Shown: piece by piece, positions 9,384 to 20,498 of the stretch
Layout of the letters: every line of letters begins with the position of its first letter
Numbering within the stretch: position 1 is the stretch's first letter
NCBI GenBank assembly: GCA_043772435.1
Contig: JAYVGH010000036.1
Span: forward strand, 19,375-83,374
Length of the DNA: 64,000 nt
Source: Bacteroidota bacterium
GTDB lineage: Bacteria; Bacteroidota; Bacteroidia; B-17B0; Aurantibacillaceae
Direction of reading: 5' to 3'
Notes under the pieces: model-generated
What the model was told of the DNA's origin: nothing
Database searches by the model: none
The model's input: the letters and a program-made list of their open reading frames with translations, nothing else
Position numbers and translations under genes: made by a program

Positions 9384-11216
9384 TTATACTTTACCATGAA
9401 ATAAATAGTGAAGATTAATAGTAGTTAATGTATCAAGATTTTCTACAAATCCCGCTTTAAACAATTTAAGATTATTAAGTTGCTCCTTTTTATCCTTATC
9501 TAAAAGTACCAATTTAGGTGATTTAACCCAATCAGACTGAGGGGTAGCGAAGCCAATTTTTTTCTTTTTCCAACAAATTTCCGGTGGCAAATACTTATCT
9601 TGAGAACTTCGTAAAATAAATTTTGACCATCCGTCTTGCATTTTAAAATTAGATGGTAAGCTAAAAACAAACTCCACTAATTTGCGTTCGAGAAAAGGAA
9701 GTCTTACTTCTCTAGAACTTGCCATAGAATTTCTATCTGCAAATCGCAAAAGATTTTGGATGCCATTTTTAAAAATAGAACTGTATAAAACATCATTTAG
9801 TTTATCCCAACTCAACTCACTATTATTTTTAACAACCAAAGGTTTAAAATAATCTTGTTGCAAAGGACTTTGAAACGCTATTGGCTTTTTAGAAACAATG
9901 TTATTTTTTAGATAACTTAAGCTTTTGTGTAAACTAGGGTAGCGCAACAAGAGGGCAAGATTTTTATCAATGTTTTGAGCACTACCTATTAGTTCTTTTG
10001 ATCTCATTTTTTCTGCTAAATAGTTTTTATCACGTTTAGCAAACATTTCGCGTAGCTTTACCGGCCAATATTGATAATAACCTGCTAAGTATTCATCAGC
10101 GCCTTGACCATCCAATAAAACAGTTACATTATTTTGCTTTGCCAATTTCATTACTCTGTATTGTGCATAAATACTTGTGTCTGGTATAGGCTCATCTTGA
10201 TGAAATAATAATGTTTCTAAATCATCTGTAAATTCCTCAACATTTGGTGTTACGTAATGGTCAGAAATATTTGTGTATCTATTTTTAAAAATGGAAATAA
10301 ACTCTGTTTCATCTTTTTCAAAACCTGGGAAACTAGCAGTAAACGTATTTAATCTTACTTTTTCATTGGAGCGACAAATAATTCCTGCAATGGTTGTAGA
10401 ATCTAAACCTCCACTCAAACTGGTTCCTACTTTAACGTCAGATCGAAGCCGACGTTTAACCGACTCAACCAGCAAATGATTAAATTCTTCAATAGCTTTA
10501 TCAAAAGATAAATTATAATTAACATTTTTATAATCAATGTCCCAATACTTATCTGTAATTAATTTTTTATCGGCGGTAATTGTTAAACAATGACTGTGTT
10601 CTATTTGAAAAACTTTTTTATAAAAGGTTTCACTTAAGTCGTACGGATTTATAAGTGTTTGAGCAGAACAGTAATAGTGTAGTGTTGTAGGGTTTACTTC
10701 TCTTGTTATACCATAACTAAACAGCTGTTTAATTTCAGAGCCAAAAACAAATTGTTTACCATCGTAATAATAATAAAATGGTTTTTCTCCGAATCTGTCT
10801 CTTGCACAAAAAAGTTCTTTTTTATTGTTATCCCATATCGCAAAAGAAAACATACCATCTATTTCTTTTAAACAATTCTTACCTTTAAAATGATAGGCTG
10901 CTAACAATACTTCCGTATCCGATTCTGTATTAAATTGATACCCTTTTGCTTGAAGTTCTTTTTTAATTTCGAGATAATTGTATATTTCGCCATTAAAAGT
11001 AATAGTTAAATCCATATACGTCATAGGCTGATGCCCTGCTTCACTTAAATCAATAATTGATAAGCGTCTATGACCAAGCCCTAAAGATTTATCATCGTTG
11101 TACCAATAACCAAATCCATCCGGCCCACGATAACTTATAATATCTGTCATTTGATGCAAAGTTTCTTCGTTTACTTTACTTCCTTCTAGATTATATATTC
11201 CTGATATACCACACAT
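9384..11216 (-). CDS. asnB: AsnB-family glutamine-dependent amidotransferase (glycan tailoring), copy 1
   Basis: MCGI Ntn cysteine, HRRLSIID, FNGEIYN, RDRFGEKP, LSGGLDS, LDGQGADE. Confidence 0.92.
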   Translation of the reverse strand: MCGISGIYNLEGSKVNEETLHQMTDIISYRGPDGFGYWYNDDKSLGLGHRRLSIIDLSEAGHQPMTYMDLTITFNGEIYNYLEIKKELQAKGYQFNTESDTEVLLAAYHFKGKNCLKEIDGMFSFAIWDNNKKELFCARDRFGEKPFYYYYDGKQFVFGSEIKQLFSYGITREVNPTTLHYYCSAQTLINPYDLSETFYKKVFQIEHSHCLTITADKKLITDKYWDIDYKNVNYNLSFDKAIEEFNHLLVESVKRRLRSDVKVGTSLSGGLDSTTIAGIICRSNEKVRLNTFTASFPGFEKDETEFISIFKNRYTNISDHYVTPNVEEFTDDLETLLFHQDEPIPDTSIYAQYRVMKLAKQNNVTVLLDGQGADEYLAGYYQYWPVKLREMFAKRDKNYLAEKMRSKELIGSAQNIDKNLALLLRYPSLHKSLSYLKNNIVSKKPIAFQSPLQQDYFKPLVVKNNSELSWDKLNDVLYSSIFKNGIQNLLRFADRNSMASSREVRLPFLERKLVEFVFSLPSNFKMQDGWSKFILRSSQDKYLPPEICWKKKKIGFATPQSDWVKSPKLVLLDKDKKEQLNNLKLFKAGFVENLDTLTTINLHYLFHGKV

Positions 11217-11222
11217 ACTTTT

Positions 11223-12449
11223 TTATAGTAATTGCAAACTTAAGTCATTATAATTTTTATTTGCCATATAATTTTCTTCCCAAAACAATCGGGTACTATT
11301 CCTTAATTCTTTTTTTGTTTCAATACTAGCATTAATATAACATTCTATAATTTTAGCTACTTTCATTGAATTAAAATATTTTTCTATTAAAAATCCCGTT
11401 TTTTTGTTTACAATTTCGGCTACACCACCAACATTAGTAGCAATTGTAGGAATGCCGAAGCTTATTGCTTCCATTATTGAAACTGGAACTCCTTCTGTTT
11501 CGCTAACGTTAATAAACAAGTCGATATTATTTGTTTGGTAATAATTCAAAATAAATTCATTGTTTTTAAAACCCATTGGTGTAAAAGTAATATTATTAGG
11601 GAGTAATTTCGCCTTTTTTAAAACGTCATCTAATAAATCACCATCTCCAAAGTGAATCCAATTAAGGGGTGTAGTAATATTTACTAAAACATCTATTATT
11701 AAATTAACCCTTTTATGTAAATTTAAAGAAGAACACGATACAATTGTAAAAGTAGTTGCTGAAAATATATTTTTACAACCAAAATCTATTGTACCTAAAC
11801 GAATAATCGAAACATTGTTTTGATTTAAATTATTTTGTTTGATTAAATGATTTTTACCATTTAACGATATTGCAAACACTTTTTTTATTTGTTTTAGTTG
11901 AAAGGTTCTAAATTGAAAAAAGAAATCTTTTTCAGAATGCTGCTCTTCATACACATCCATACCGTGGATACGTGTGTATATATTTAATGGTTGATATTTT
12001 AAATTAATTAATGTTAATATAAATGTCCACTGATTAAACCAGTAAGTGTAAGCTACTGCATTACTAGTATTTATATTTTTTAATACCTCATTTAATTTAT
12101 CGGAAATTGCTATTTTGTGTATTATGTTATTTAATGTTTTTATAAATTGCGTAAAATATTTTGATTTAGTATTACTGTGTCTTAATTCTGTATAGTAGAT
12201 AGATGTAATTAATCCAATATTTTTTATAAGTATTTTAATACGATTATATGATTGAAAAGCATTAAAATTAATTATTTTAACGTTATGTGGTAATTTGTAA
12301 ATTATTGTTTGATTAGCTAAATCTAGCGGGAAAATATAAATGGTTTCAAATTTTTGTGATAATATTTTAACCTCGTTATATAAAAAAAATTCGCCTCCAC
12401 TATATGGAAATTGAATTGTAAATAAAAAAAGTTTTTTATTAATTATCAT
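11223..12449 (-). CDS. GT4 glycosyltransferase
   Basis: SETEGVPVSIMEAISFGIPTIATNVGG (EX7E). Confidence 0.9.
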   Translation of the reverse strand: MIINKKLFLFTIQFPYSGGEFFLYNEVKILSQKFETIYIFPLDLANQTIIYKLPHNVKIINFNAFQSYNRIKILIKNIGLITSIYYTELRHSNTKSKYFTQFIKTLNNIIHKIAISDKLNEVLKNINTSNAVAYTYWFNQWTFILTLINLKYQPLNIYTRIHGMDVYEEQHSEKDFFFQFRTFQLKQIKKVFAISLNGKNHLIKQNNLNQNNVSIIRLGTIDFGCKNIFSATTFTIVSCSSLNLHKRVNLIIDVLVNITTPLNWIHFGDGDLLDDVLKKAKLLPNNITFTPMGFKNNEFILNYYQTNNIDLFINVSETEGVPVSIMEAISFGIPTIATNVGGVAEIVNKKTGFLIEKYFNSMKVAKIIECYINASIETKKELRNSTRLFWEENYMANKNYNDLSLQLL

Positions 12450-13351
12450 TTTGCAAGTAAAGCACGTTTTATTTTAAAAATAAATAAAATAAAAAAAGAG
12501 TACGTTGAATTAGATATTTGATAAATTTTTTTTAATGAAACTTTCTTATTTTGATTAATAAATAATGAAATATAATTTCGAGCCATCATTCTATCAGCTA
12601 ACTTATAATTTTTATTTAAAATATCATTTTCTCTACCTAATATTTGTTGGTTTAGGTAATAAACAACAGTTTCAAAGCCAGCAATAGATTTAAACGATTT
12701 ATTTTGATTAGATACCGAAAGAGGATTTGAACGGTAATAATATAAAGGTTCTAAAACATTTGAAACTTTATATTTTTGAATTATTTGGCTAAACCAATAA
12801 TAATCTTCCCAACCTATTCTATTGAAATACATATCATAAAAACCAATTGTTGTTAAAACTTCTTTTTTAAATAATAAGGCCGATCCTATTATTGGGTTTC
12901 TGAAATTAGAAAAGCTTTCTAAAATTAGATTATGTTTAAGTGGGAAATTACTAGTAGATAAAATAATATTATTTTCGTTAATGGTACAAACGTTTGAGCC
13001 AACAGCAAACAAAGTGTCAACAGAACTTATTTCATTAACTAGGATTTCTATTCTATTTATAGAGCAATAATCATCCGCATCTTGAAAAACTATATAATTG
13101 CCTTTTGCCTTTTTCATTAATAAATTAGAAGCAACCAGATAACCTTTGTTTGTAGTATTATGAAATGTTTTTATACGTAAATCTGAATATGAATTAATAA
13201 TATTTTTTGTGTAGTCGGTCGAACAATCATCTGCGATTAATAATTCTAAATGAGAATATGTTTGATTTAAAATACAATCTATTGCCTGATTAATATACTT
13301 TTCACAATTATACGCAGGCATTATTACAGAAACTAATTCCTTATTTTCCAT
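12446..13351 (-). CDS. GT2 glycosyltransferase
   Basis: VSVIMPAYN, IADDCSTD, FQDADD. Confidence 0.92.
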   Translation of the reverse strand: MENKELVSVIMPAYNCEKYINQAIDCILNQTYSHLELLIADDCSTDYTKNIINSYSDLRIKTFHNTTNKGYLVASNLLMKKAKGNYIVFQDADDYCSINRIEILVNEISSVDTLFAVGSNVCTINENNIILSTSNFPLKHNLILESFSNFRNPIIGSALLFKKEVLTTIGFYDMYFNRIGWEDYYWFSQIIQKYKVSNVLEPLYYYRSNPLSVSNQNKSFKSIAGFETVVYYLNQQILGRENDILNKNYKLADRMMARNYISLFINQNKKVSLKKIYQISNSTYSFFILFIFKIKRALLAK

Positions 13352-13352
13352 A

Positions 13353-14480
13353 TTAATTTAATAATTCTAACCATTTTAAAGCAGCTGTATTAATGGAATA
13401 TTGGTTAAAAACTCTTATTTTATTTTCTTTTTCTATTTTATTGCTAAGTTCTTTTTGCTCAAATGCTAAAATTATTTTTTCCGAAAAGCAATTTTCATCT
13501 GTTGAAGGACATAAAAAGGGGTATTGGCTACCTAATAATTCTTTAATTGGGTCTATATCTGAAGCAATAATAACTTTTCCACAGGCCATAGCTTCAAGCA
13601 CAGCATTTGGGCTTCCTTCGGATAATGAACTAAATACAAAAAAATGGTTTGATAAAATTTCAGTGTATACATCCTCTACACCCGGCAATATCTCAATATT
13701 ATTTTCAAGATTTAACTCTTTAGTTAGTTCCATTAATTTTTTTTCAGCTCCGTCAAATCTTCCTATTAGTTTTAATTTTGCATTTTTGTACCCAGTTTTT
13801 TTAATAATTAAAGCCCAAGCTTTAACTAGAGTAATATGATTTTTATTAAAATGAAAATTAGCAATCATAACAGCAGTTTGATAATCAATATTTTTTTTTT
13901 CTATTTTATTTATTGCTTCAATATCAATACCATTATTAATAATCTCAAATTTGTTTTTACTACTTAATCTATCCTTCATGAAATCAATTACTTTTATAGA
14001 ATTTCCAATTATTACAGTAGAAGAATTAAGAGCTTTTTTTTCTGCAAATGAATTCGAAAACCCTTCCGTTCCAAGATCTCTTTGATTCCATATAATAGGA
14101 TCAATTTTTAATTTTTTGCAAATCAAACATGAAATAACGTTTGGATAATAAGTAAAAGGGATAATTTTATCTGGGGCTATTGTTGATATTATTTTAGTTG
14201 CTCTTTTTATTTGATTTTTAAATTTATAATAATAACTAACTGACTTTTTTGATAGTGAAATTTTATGGAAATTATTAATTATAAAAGTATCAAAATTAAG
14301 ATAGTAATATTCTATTTGCTCGCTTTTGAGTTTTTCAACTAAATTACCTTCACTGGAAACAGATATAAAACTTATCTTATGATTTAATTTATTTTTAAGA
14401 TATTTTGCTAATTCGAATGCTTGCTTCTCTGCTCCACCAATATTATAACTATATAAAAAAAACAATATATGCATTAACAA
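13353..14480 (-). CDS. GT4 glycosyltransferase
   Basis: GGAEKQ, IINNGID, SEGSPNAVLEAMACGK. Confidence 0.9.
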   Translation of the reverse strand: MLMHILFFLYSYNIGGAEKQAFELAKYLKNKLNHKISFISVSSEGNLVEKLKSEQIEYYYLNFDTFIINNFHKISLSKKSVSYYYKFKNQIKRATKIISTIAPDKIIPFTYYPNVISCLICKKLKIDPIIWNQRDLGTEGFSNSFAEKKALNSSTVIIGNSIKVIDFMKDRLSSKNKFEIINNGIDIEAINKIEKKNIDYQTAVMIANFHFNKNHITLVKAWALIIKKTGYKNAKLKLIGRFDGAEKKLMELTKELNLENNIEILPGVEDVYTEILSNHFFVFSSLSEGSPNAVLEAMACGKVIIASDIDPIKELLGSQYPFLCPSTDENCFSEKIILAFEQKELSNKIEKENKIRVFNQYSINTAALKWLELLN

Positions 14481-15460
14481 TTGTTCTTATACCACTCAAC
14501 TGTTGTAGTTAGCCCTTGAATAATATTTATTGTAGGTGAAAAATTTAATAAATTTTTAGCTTTATCTATGTTTGCAAAACTATCTTTTATATCCCCTTTT
14601 CTTTCAGGTTGGTAATTTGGTTTTAAATCCGAGTTTAACTCTTCTGAAATGTATTTATAAAGGTCGTTTAAGGATGTAGTTCCTCCATAGGCAATGTTAA
14701 ATACTTGATTAATAGCATCCTTATTTATTGTTAAAGCTGAAATAACATTAGCTTGAATGACATTTTCTATAAAAGTAAAATCTCGGGTGGTAGTTCCGTC
14801 TCCAAAAATATTTGGAGATTCATTTTTTAATAATGAAGTAATAAATATTGGAATAACAGCGGCATAGGCTCCTGCAATATTTTGTTTTGGTCCAAATACA
14901 TTAAAGTACCTTAAGCCAATTACTTCTAAACCATAAGTTCTGTAAAAAACATCCGCGTATAATTCATTAGCTTTTTTGCTTACAGCATAAGGCGATAAAA
15001 GGTTTCCGGTAATATTTTCTTGTTTAGGCATTGTTTTATCATCGCCATAAACCGAAGAGGATGATGCATAAATAAATCTTTTTACATTATTTTTATGGGA
15101 TGCAAAAAGCATATTTACAAATCCACCAACATTTACAGAGTTGGTTGCGATAGGGTCGTTAATACTTCTCGGCACACTCCCTAATGCAGCCTGATGAAAT
15201 ACGTAATCAACTCCATTTGTTGCTTTAAGGCAATCTTCATAATTAGTAATATCGCCTTTAATAAAAATAAAATTTTCATGTTTTTTAAATTCGTCAATAT
15301 TATCTTCAAATCCTGTACTAAGGTTGTCTAGTATTACAACTTTTTTTGCATTATTTTTTAAAAGAAAATCCGCAATATTACTACCTATAAATCCGGCACC
15401 ACCTGTAATAAGAAATGTATAATTGTTAATTGGCTCTTTTAGTCTAAATTGATACTCCAT
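14474..15460 (-). CDS. UDP-HexNAc(A) 4-epimerase, WbpP/TviC-like SDR
   Basis: ITGGAGFIGS, HQAALGSVPRS, YAVSK, LRYFNVFGP, RDFTF. Confidence 0.85.
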   Translation of the reverse strand: MEYQFRLKEPINNYTFLITGGAGFIGSNIADFLLKNNAKKVVILDNLSTGFEDNIDEFKKHENFIFIKGDITNYEDCLKATNGVDYVFHQAALGSVPRSINDPIATNSVNVGGFVNMLFASHKNNVKRFIYASSSSVYGDDKTMPKQENITGNLLSPYAVSKKANELYADVFYRTYGLEVIGLRYFNVFGPKQNIAGAYAAVIPIFITSLLKNESPNIFGDGTTTRDFTFIENVIQANVISALTINKDAINQVFNIAYGGTTSLNDLYKYISEELNSDLKPNYQPERKGDIKDSFANIDKAKNLLNFSPTINIIQGLTTTVEWYKNNC

Positions 15461-15461
15461 T

Positions 15462-17291
15462 TTATTTTTTAAATTGATTTAACCATTCTTCTAGAAATAA
15501 CATTAACCACATGCCACCAGTATTATCTGTTTTTAGTAATTCATTAAGTGCATTAATATCAAAATACTTAGATAAACTTGAATTAGATGACAGAACGCTA
15601 TCATTTAATTTATTTCTTAACTCTCCTTCATTCGAAAACCATTTTTTTAAAGGAATTGCAAATCCTTGTTTTTTTCTGTAAATAAATTCGCTAGGAAAAT
15701 GCTGTTGAAGTATTTGTTTCAATAATATTTTGCCTTCCCATTTCCCGTTATACTTTCTTATATTAAATTCTTCAGGAATAGTGGCGGCAAACTCCCAAAC
15801 TTCTTTATCAATTAATGGAGTTCTAACTTCTAAGCTATGGCACATACTAGCAACGTCTACCTTAGTTAAAATATCATAAGGCATGTAAGTTTTTAAATCC
15901 ATATACTGAACTCTATTAGATGGCGAAAATTTTTTAGACAGTTTAAATTGTTCTTCAAATCCGAAGGGAGAACTTTTTATATTATTTTTAAATTCCTTAT
16001 TCCATAATTTATTTCTCCAATCTGAATCTAAATAATTAATCCAGCTCAACCAATTTTCAAGAGTATCTTTTTTTTCATATTTATTAGGTAAATATTTCTC
16101 AAGGTAAGGATATATTTTTTTCTTAAAACCTGTACGGTAATTTACAGGTAGGGTTTTCATCCAATCAATGTAAGAATTATAGCCAGCAAAACATTCATCT
16201 CCACCATCTCCGCTTAATACCATAGTAACATGTTGTTTAGCCAATTCGCACACATAATATGTGGGAAGGCAAGAACTGTCGCCAAAGGGCTCCCCATAAT
16301 GTGTAACAAGTTTTGGCAATAAACTTAAAGCATTTGGCTTAACTACATTCGTATAATGCTCAGTCCCAAAAACTTTTGCTGCTTGGTCTGAAAATTTAAG
16401 TTCATTATATTCCTCTTCTTCAAATCCTATACTAAAGGTTTTAACTTTTTGAGGTAATATTTCACTCATATACTTTACTACTAAAGTAGAGTCAATACCA
16501 CCCGAAAGAAAAGCACCGAATGGAACATCAGAAACCAAATGCGCTTTTACAGAATCTTTAATTACACTACTTGTAGCTTCAATCCATTCGTCTTCGGTTT
16601 TTATTTGTTTTTTAGAATATGAAATATTCCAATATTCTTTTTGTTCAGAAATATTTCCATTAAATGAAACGGTAACATAATGTGCCGGTTTTAGTTTTTG
16701 TACACAATTAAAAATAGTTAAGGGAGCCGGAATGTATTGTAACCATAAATAGTTATCTAAAGCAATTGTATTTATTTCCGAATCAAAATTTGGCAATGCT
16801 TTAAACTGCTGCAGTTCACTAGCAAAAGCTACAGTATTAGTATCCTTATAAATGTAAATTGGTTTAATTCCAAAATGATCTCTAGCAATTAATATTTCGC
16901 TTTTATTGACATCTACTAATGCAAAGGCAAACATACCTCTAAACTTAACAAAACAATCTTTGCCCCATTTTTGATATGCGTAAATAATTACTTCAGTATC
17001 TGAATTAGTTTTAAAAACAACTCCAAGTTTTTGCAATTCCGTTTTTAATTCTAAATAATTATATATTTCCCCATTAAACGTTATCCATATTTTTTCATCA
17101 GCACTGCACATAGGTTGATGACCAGCAGCAAGGTCAATTATAGACAAGCGCCTGTGCCCAATTGCAATATTATTAAATAATTTATGTCCAAAGCCATCGG
17201 GACCTCTATGGGCAATAATGTCGGTCATACCCTTAATAATATGATCTTCGGCTTTATTATTTAAACTTATATATCCTGCTATTCCACACAT
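15462..17291 (-). CDS. asnB: AsnB-family amidotransferase, copy 2
   Basis: MCGI, HRRLSIID, LSGGIDS, LSGDGGDE, SLEVRTP. Confidence 0.92.
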   Translation of the reverse strand: MCGIAGYISLNNKAEDHIIKGMTDIIAHRGPDGFGHKLFNNIAIGHRRLSIIDLAAGHQPMCSADEKIWITFNGEIYNYLELKTELQKLGVVFKTNSDTEVIIYAYQKWGKDCFVKFRGMFAFALVDVNKSEILIARDHFGIKPIYIYKDTNTVAFASELQQFKALPNFDSEINTIALDNYLWLQYIPAPLTIFNCVQKLKPAHYVTVSFNGNISEQKEYWNISYSKKQIKTEDEWIEATSSVIKDSVKAHLVSDVPFGAFLSGGIDSTLVVKYMSEILPQKVKTFSIGFEEEEYNELKFSDQAAKVFGTEHYTNVVKPNALSLLPKLVTHYGEPFGDSSCLPTYYVCELAKQHVTMVLSGDGGDECFAGYNSYIDWMKTLPVNYRTGFKKKIYPYLEKYLPNKYEKKDTLENWLSWINYLDSDWRNKLWNKEFKNNIKSSPFGFEEQFKLSKKFSPSNRVQYMDLKTYMPYDILTKVDVASMCHSLEVRTPLIDKEVWEFAATIPEEFNIRKYNGKWEGKILLKQILQQHFPSEFIYRKKQGFAIPLKKWFSNEGELRNKLNDSVLSSNSSLSKYFDINALNELLKTDNTGGMWLMLFLEEWLNQFKK

Positions 17292-18523
17292 TAGTTTATT
17301 ACTTTTTTATATAAATTCAAAACCTGATTTAATACTATATCCGGATTTAATTTTTTTGATCTCTCATAAGCAAGATTTTCCATCTTATTTTTCTCCTCAG
17401 TTGATAAATTTAAGGAAATTTTTATCTTATTAAATAGTTCTTTCGAATCATCAATATTTATAAGATATCCGTTAACTCCATCTTCGATTAATTGATCAAA
17501 CCCATTTCCATATGTTCCGATTACAATTTTTTTATTAGCCATAGCTTCAATACAAGTATTAGGAAAATTATCTGTTCTTGAAGGCAAAACCACAATCTCG
17601 GAACCAATGATAATAGGAAATAATTTATTGTGTTTTAATGAATCTAAATGAATAATCCTGTTGGAGTTTGCGCCGGCTTTATTTATTAAATATTCCCAAA
17701 CAGTTTTATTACCTATGTTATTATCTAATTTTTTACCAATAAATACAAAGTATAAGTCCTTGTAATTTTCAAATATATCATTTATAATCTCAGCAATAGT
17801 TCCTACACCTTTAATTAGCCCAATAGATCCAAAAAATAATAAATATTTTTTATTGTTTAAAAATTCGTTGTAAACACTTGGATCAAAGTTTACATTAGGG
17901 GGTATAAAGGGTGTTTCAATCAATTCTATTTTTCTTCCTACTAACTTTTCAGTTTCTTGAATTACCATTTTACTTGGCCCAAAAACTGCGTTCGCTTTTT
18001 TCATTGCTTTAATTTCATATTTTTCTTGAATTTTTATCTTAATATCAGAATCTCCATACCCACCCATTTTTTGGCATAATGCTGTAGAGCTCGACAAACG
18101 GATAACACCAGATATACCCTTAGGCTTAAAGTTTAACAGTCCACCAAGATGCGGGTAATGTATTACATCAAATTTATTTAATTTATTTTGAGAACTTATT
18201 TCTTTATTTAAATAATAAGCAATTTGTTTAAAATAAATTTGATGTTTAAGTTTTTCAGTATAAAAAAAACCAATTTTAAATTTTTGAAAATAATATTTTA
18301 CTTTCCATCGAACATCCGGAACATGTATTTTACAAACAGAAATAGCATCAAACTCATATTCTATGGTTTTATTAAATTGTTCATCCATATCTTGAGTTAA
18401 AAAAACCTTAACAGAATGATTCTGTGATAAAAGCCATTTTGCCAATTTGTATGTATAATTGGCAAGCCCACCATGAAAATTATCTTCACTAACAAATTCT
18501 GATGTAGCAATAGCTATTCTCAT
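17291..18523 (-). CDS. GT4 glycosyltransferase
   Basis: HGGLANY, LPSRTDNFPNTCIEAMA. Confidence 0.88.
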   Translation of the reverse strand: MRIAIATSEFVSEDNFHGGLANYTYKLAKWLLSQNHSVKVFLTQDMDEQFNKTIEYEFDAISVCKIHVPDVRWKVKYYFQKFKIGFFYTEKLKHQIYFKQIAYYLNKEISSQNKLNKFDVIHYPHLGGLLNFKPKGISGVIRLSSSTALCQKMGGYGDSDIKIKIQEKYEIKAMKKANAVFGPSKMVIQETEKLVGRKIELIETPFIPPNVNFDPSVYNEFLNNKKYLLFFGSIGLIKGVGTIAEIINDIFENYKDLYFVFIGKKLDNNIGNKTVWEYLINKAGANSNRIIHLDSLKHNKLFPIIIGSEIVVLPSRTDNFPNTCIEAMANKKIVIGTYGNGFDQLIEDGVNGYLINIDDSKELFNKIKISLNLSTEEKNKMENLAYERSKKLNPDIVLNQVLNLYKKVIN

Positions 18524-19746
18524 TTATTTAATAGTCTTTGAAACCAATTTTTATTAGACTCCAAATCAATTATTGAAGTTAATTTTTGTAAGGGAATATC
18601 TATTATATATTTATTAAACCAATTTTGGCTTTCTGAAGCTCGGTGCTTGTAATAGGATGGATCATTTAAAAAATTATTAAAATGTTGAAGACAACTTTCC
18701 TCTGAATTAGCATGGTTAACAGGGTATAGTTCTGGATAAGCTTCTTTAAACGATTCAACACTACAATTAAGTATAAAAGGCACTTTCATCATCATAAATT
18801 CTCCAACAGTGCCATACATTAAAAAACTAAGTCCGAGTTCAGCTATACCAAGATCAACCATGCTCAGCACTATCATTAATTCTTTTCTGGGAGATTTTGG
18901 TAACCAAAAAATATGGTCATTTAAATCAAGTTCATGTATAAGTTCTTTAGTGGCGTCTATATCAATACCATATTCAAGTAAAATGAGTTTGGTTTTTTTG
19001 TCAGGATGTTGGGAGACAAATTTTTTAAAAGCTCTAATTAAAATATCATTTCTTTTGTTAGAAAATTCATCTTGCGGATTTTTCCAAGATTGTCTACAAT
19101 GTTGAATGAACAATAAATCATTTTCTAACCTTAACTTTTTAATTATTGGATAAAGTTTTGAAAATGAATAAAATTTTGAAATTTCTATATCATTAAATTC
19201 TCGGCTGTAAAAAACCGGCGGAAAAAAGTAGTGTCGTTGACCTTTTAAATTAAATTTTTTAAAAACTGGCTCTTGATCTGTAGTAAAATCAAAAATTACG
19301 TGTCGAGAATTCTCAATTCCTCTATATTGTAACTTTGGGTATATTTGATCAAATTTAGATTTATCATATACTTTTACATTTTCAAAAGGTGCCCAATAAA
19401 AATCAGAACCATATGGAATAAAAATATCTAATTTCTTATTAACTAATTCTAAAAATGCGGGAGTATAGCCACAGCCAATAATTAAATTATAACCTTTAAT
19501 TTTATTTAAAACATTGTTTTTTGTAACTGTACTCATCCATTGCTCATTATCAATCCAACCTGTTTTAACTATTTTAATATCGTTCTGTTCACTAAAAGTA
19601 TCATTTGAAGGTTGAAAGTGTTCATCTTCATTCACTAATAACACTTCGGTATCATACCCTTCATCTTTTAAAAAACGCGCAAGGGTAAACATGTTGTTGT
19701 TCATGTTGTAGATGCAGGCAATTTTGATCTTACTTTTATCGATCAT
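18520..19746 (-). CDS. Putative GT-B glycosyltransferase, divergent
   Basis: FIPYGSD, KRNDILIRAF and GEFMMMKVP in a GT4-like layout; locus context. Confidence 0.5.
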   Translation of the reverse strand: MIDKSKIKIACIYNMNNNMFTLARFLKDEGYDTEVLLVNEDEHFQPSNDTFSEQNDIKIVKTGWIDNEQWMSTVTKNNVLNKIKGYNLIIGCGYTPAFLELVNKKLDIFIPYGSDFYWAPFENVKVYDKSKFDQIYPKLQYRGIENSRHVIFDFTTDQEPVFKKFNLKGQRHYFFPPVFYSREFNDIEISKFYSFSKLYPIIKKLRLENDLLFIQHCRQSWKNPQDEFSNKRNDILIRAFKKFVSQHPDKKTKLILLEYGIDIDATKELIHELDLNDHIFWLPKSPRKELMIVLSMVDLGIAELGLSFLMYGTVGEFMMMKVPFILNCSVESFKEAYPELYPVNHANSEESCLQHFNNFLNDPSYYKHRASESQNWFNKYIIDIPLQKLTSIIDLESNKNWFQRLLNK

Positions 19747-19748
19747 AG

Positions 19749-20498
19749 CTACACTAATAATTTTTTATTAGGAAAATTAACCAACACACCAAAATCTTTT
19801 TTCTGATACACAACCATACTTCCCATAGCAATGGCATTTGCGCCGCCATCTTTAATTCCGGCAATTAAATGGTCTACATTTCCGGCACCGCCATGTGCAA
19901 TAACAGGAACTTTGGAAATAGAAGTTACCTGTTTTATTAATTCAATATCTAAACCATTCCAGGTGCCTTCGTTATCAACGCTAGTTATAAGTAATTCGCC
20001 AACACCCGCTTCCTCTAATTTTTTAACCCATTCTTCAATCGTGTATTTATGTTTATCATTTGCAGAATTAGAAACGATTTGGGCTTTACCAAAAAAATTC
20101 TTCTTCACATCTATCACACCAATTACTGCTTGCGAACCGTATACTTCTGAAATTTGAGTTATTAAATTTAAATTAGAGTGTAAGGCACTATTAATAGCTA
20201 CCTTTTCGATACCAATGTTGAATATTTTTTGCGCCTGTTCAAATGTTTTTATCCCGCCCCCATAAGCCAATGGCATAAAGCATTCATTAGCAATTTCGCC
20301 AAGTAATTTATAATTTGGTTCTTTATTTTTAGGAGTTGCTTCTATATCCAAAAAAATCAATTCATCAACTTCTTTCTCGTTAAAAATTCTTACCGTATTT
20401 ATAGGATCGCCAACATATTTAGGGTTTTTAAAATTTACTGTTTTAACCAAACCGTTATCTTTTAATAACAGGCAAGGTATGTAGCGGATCATTAACAT
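19749..20498 (-). CDS. HisF-like protein (AglZ/HisF2/WbuZ type, acetamidino modification)
   Basis: IPCLLLKD (Leu where HisF has its catalytic Asp), VGDPIN, DELIFLDI, YGGGI, DNEGTWNG. Confidence 0.85.
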   Translation of the reverse strand: MLMIRYIPCLLLKDNGLVKTVNFKNPKYVGDPINTVRIFNEKEVDELIFLDIEATPKNKEPNYKLLGEIANECFMPLAYGGGIKTFEQAQKIFNIGIEKVAINSALHSNLNLITQISEVYGSQAVIGVIDVKKNFFGKAQIVSNSANDKHKYTIEEWVKKLEEAGVGELLITSVDNEGTWNGLDIELIKQVTSISKVPVIAHGGAGNVDHLIAGIKDGGANAIAMGSMVVYQKKDFGVLVNFPNKKLLV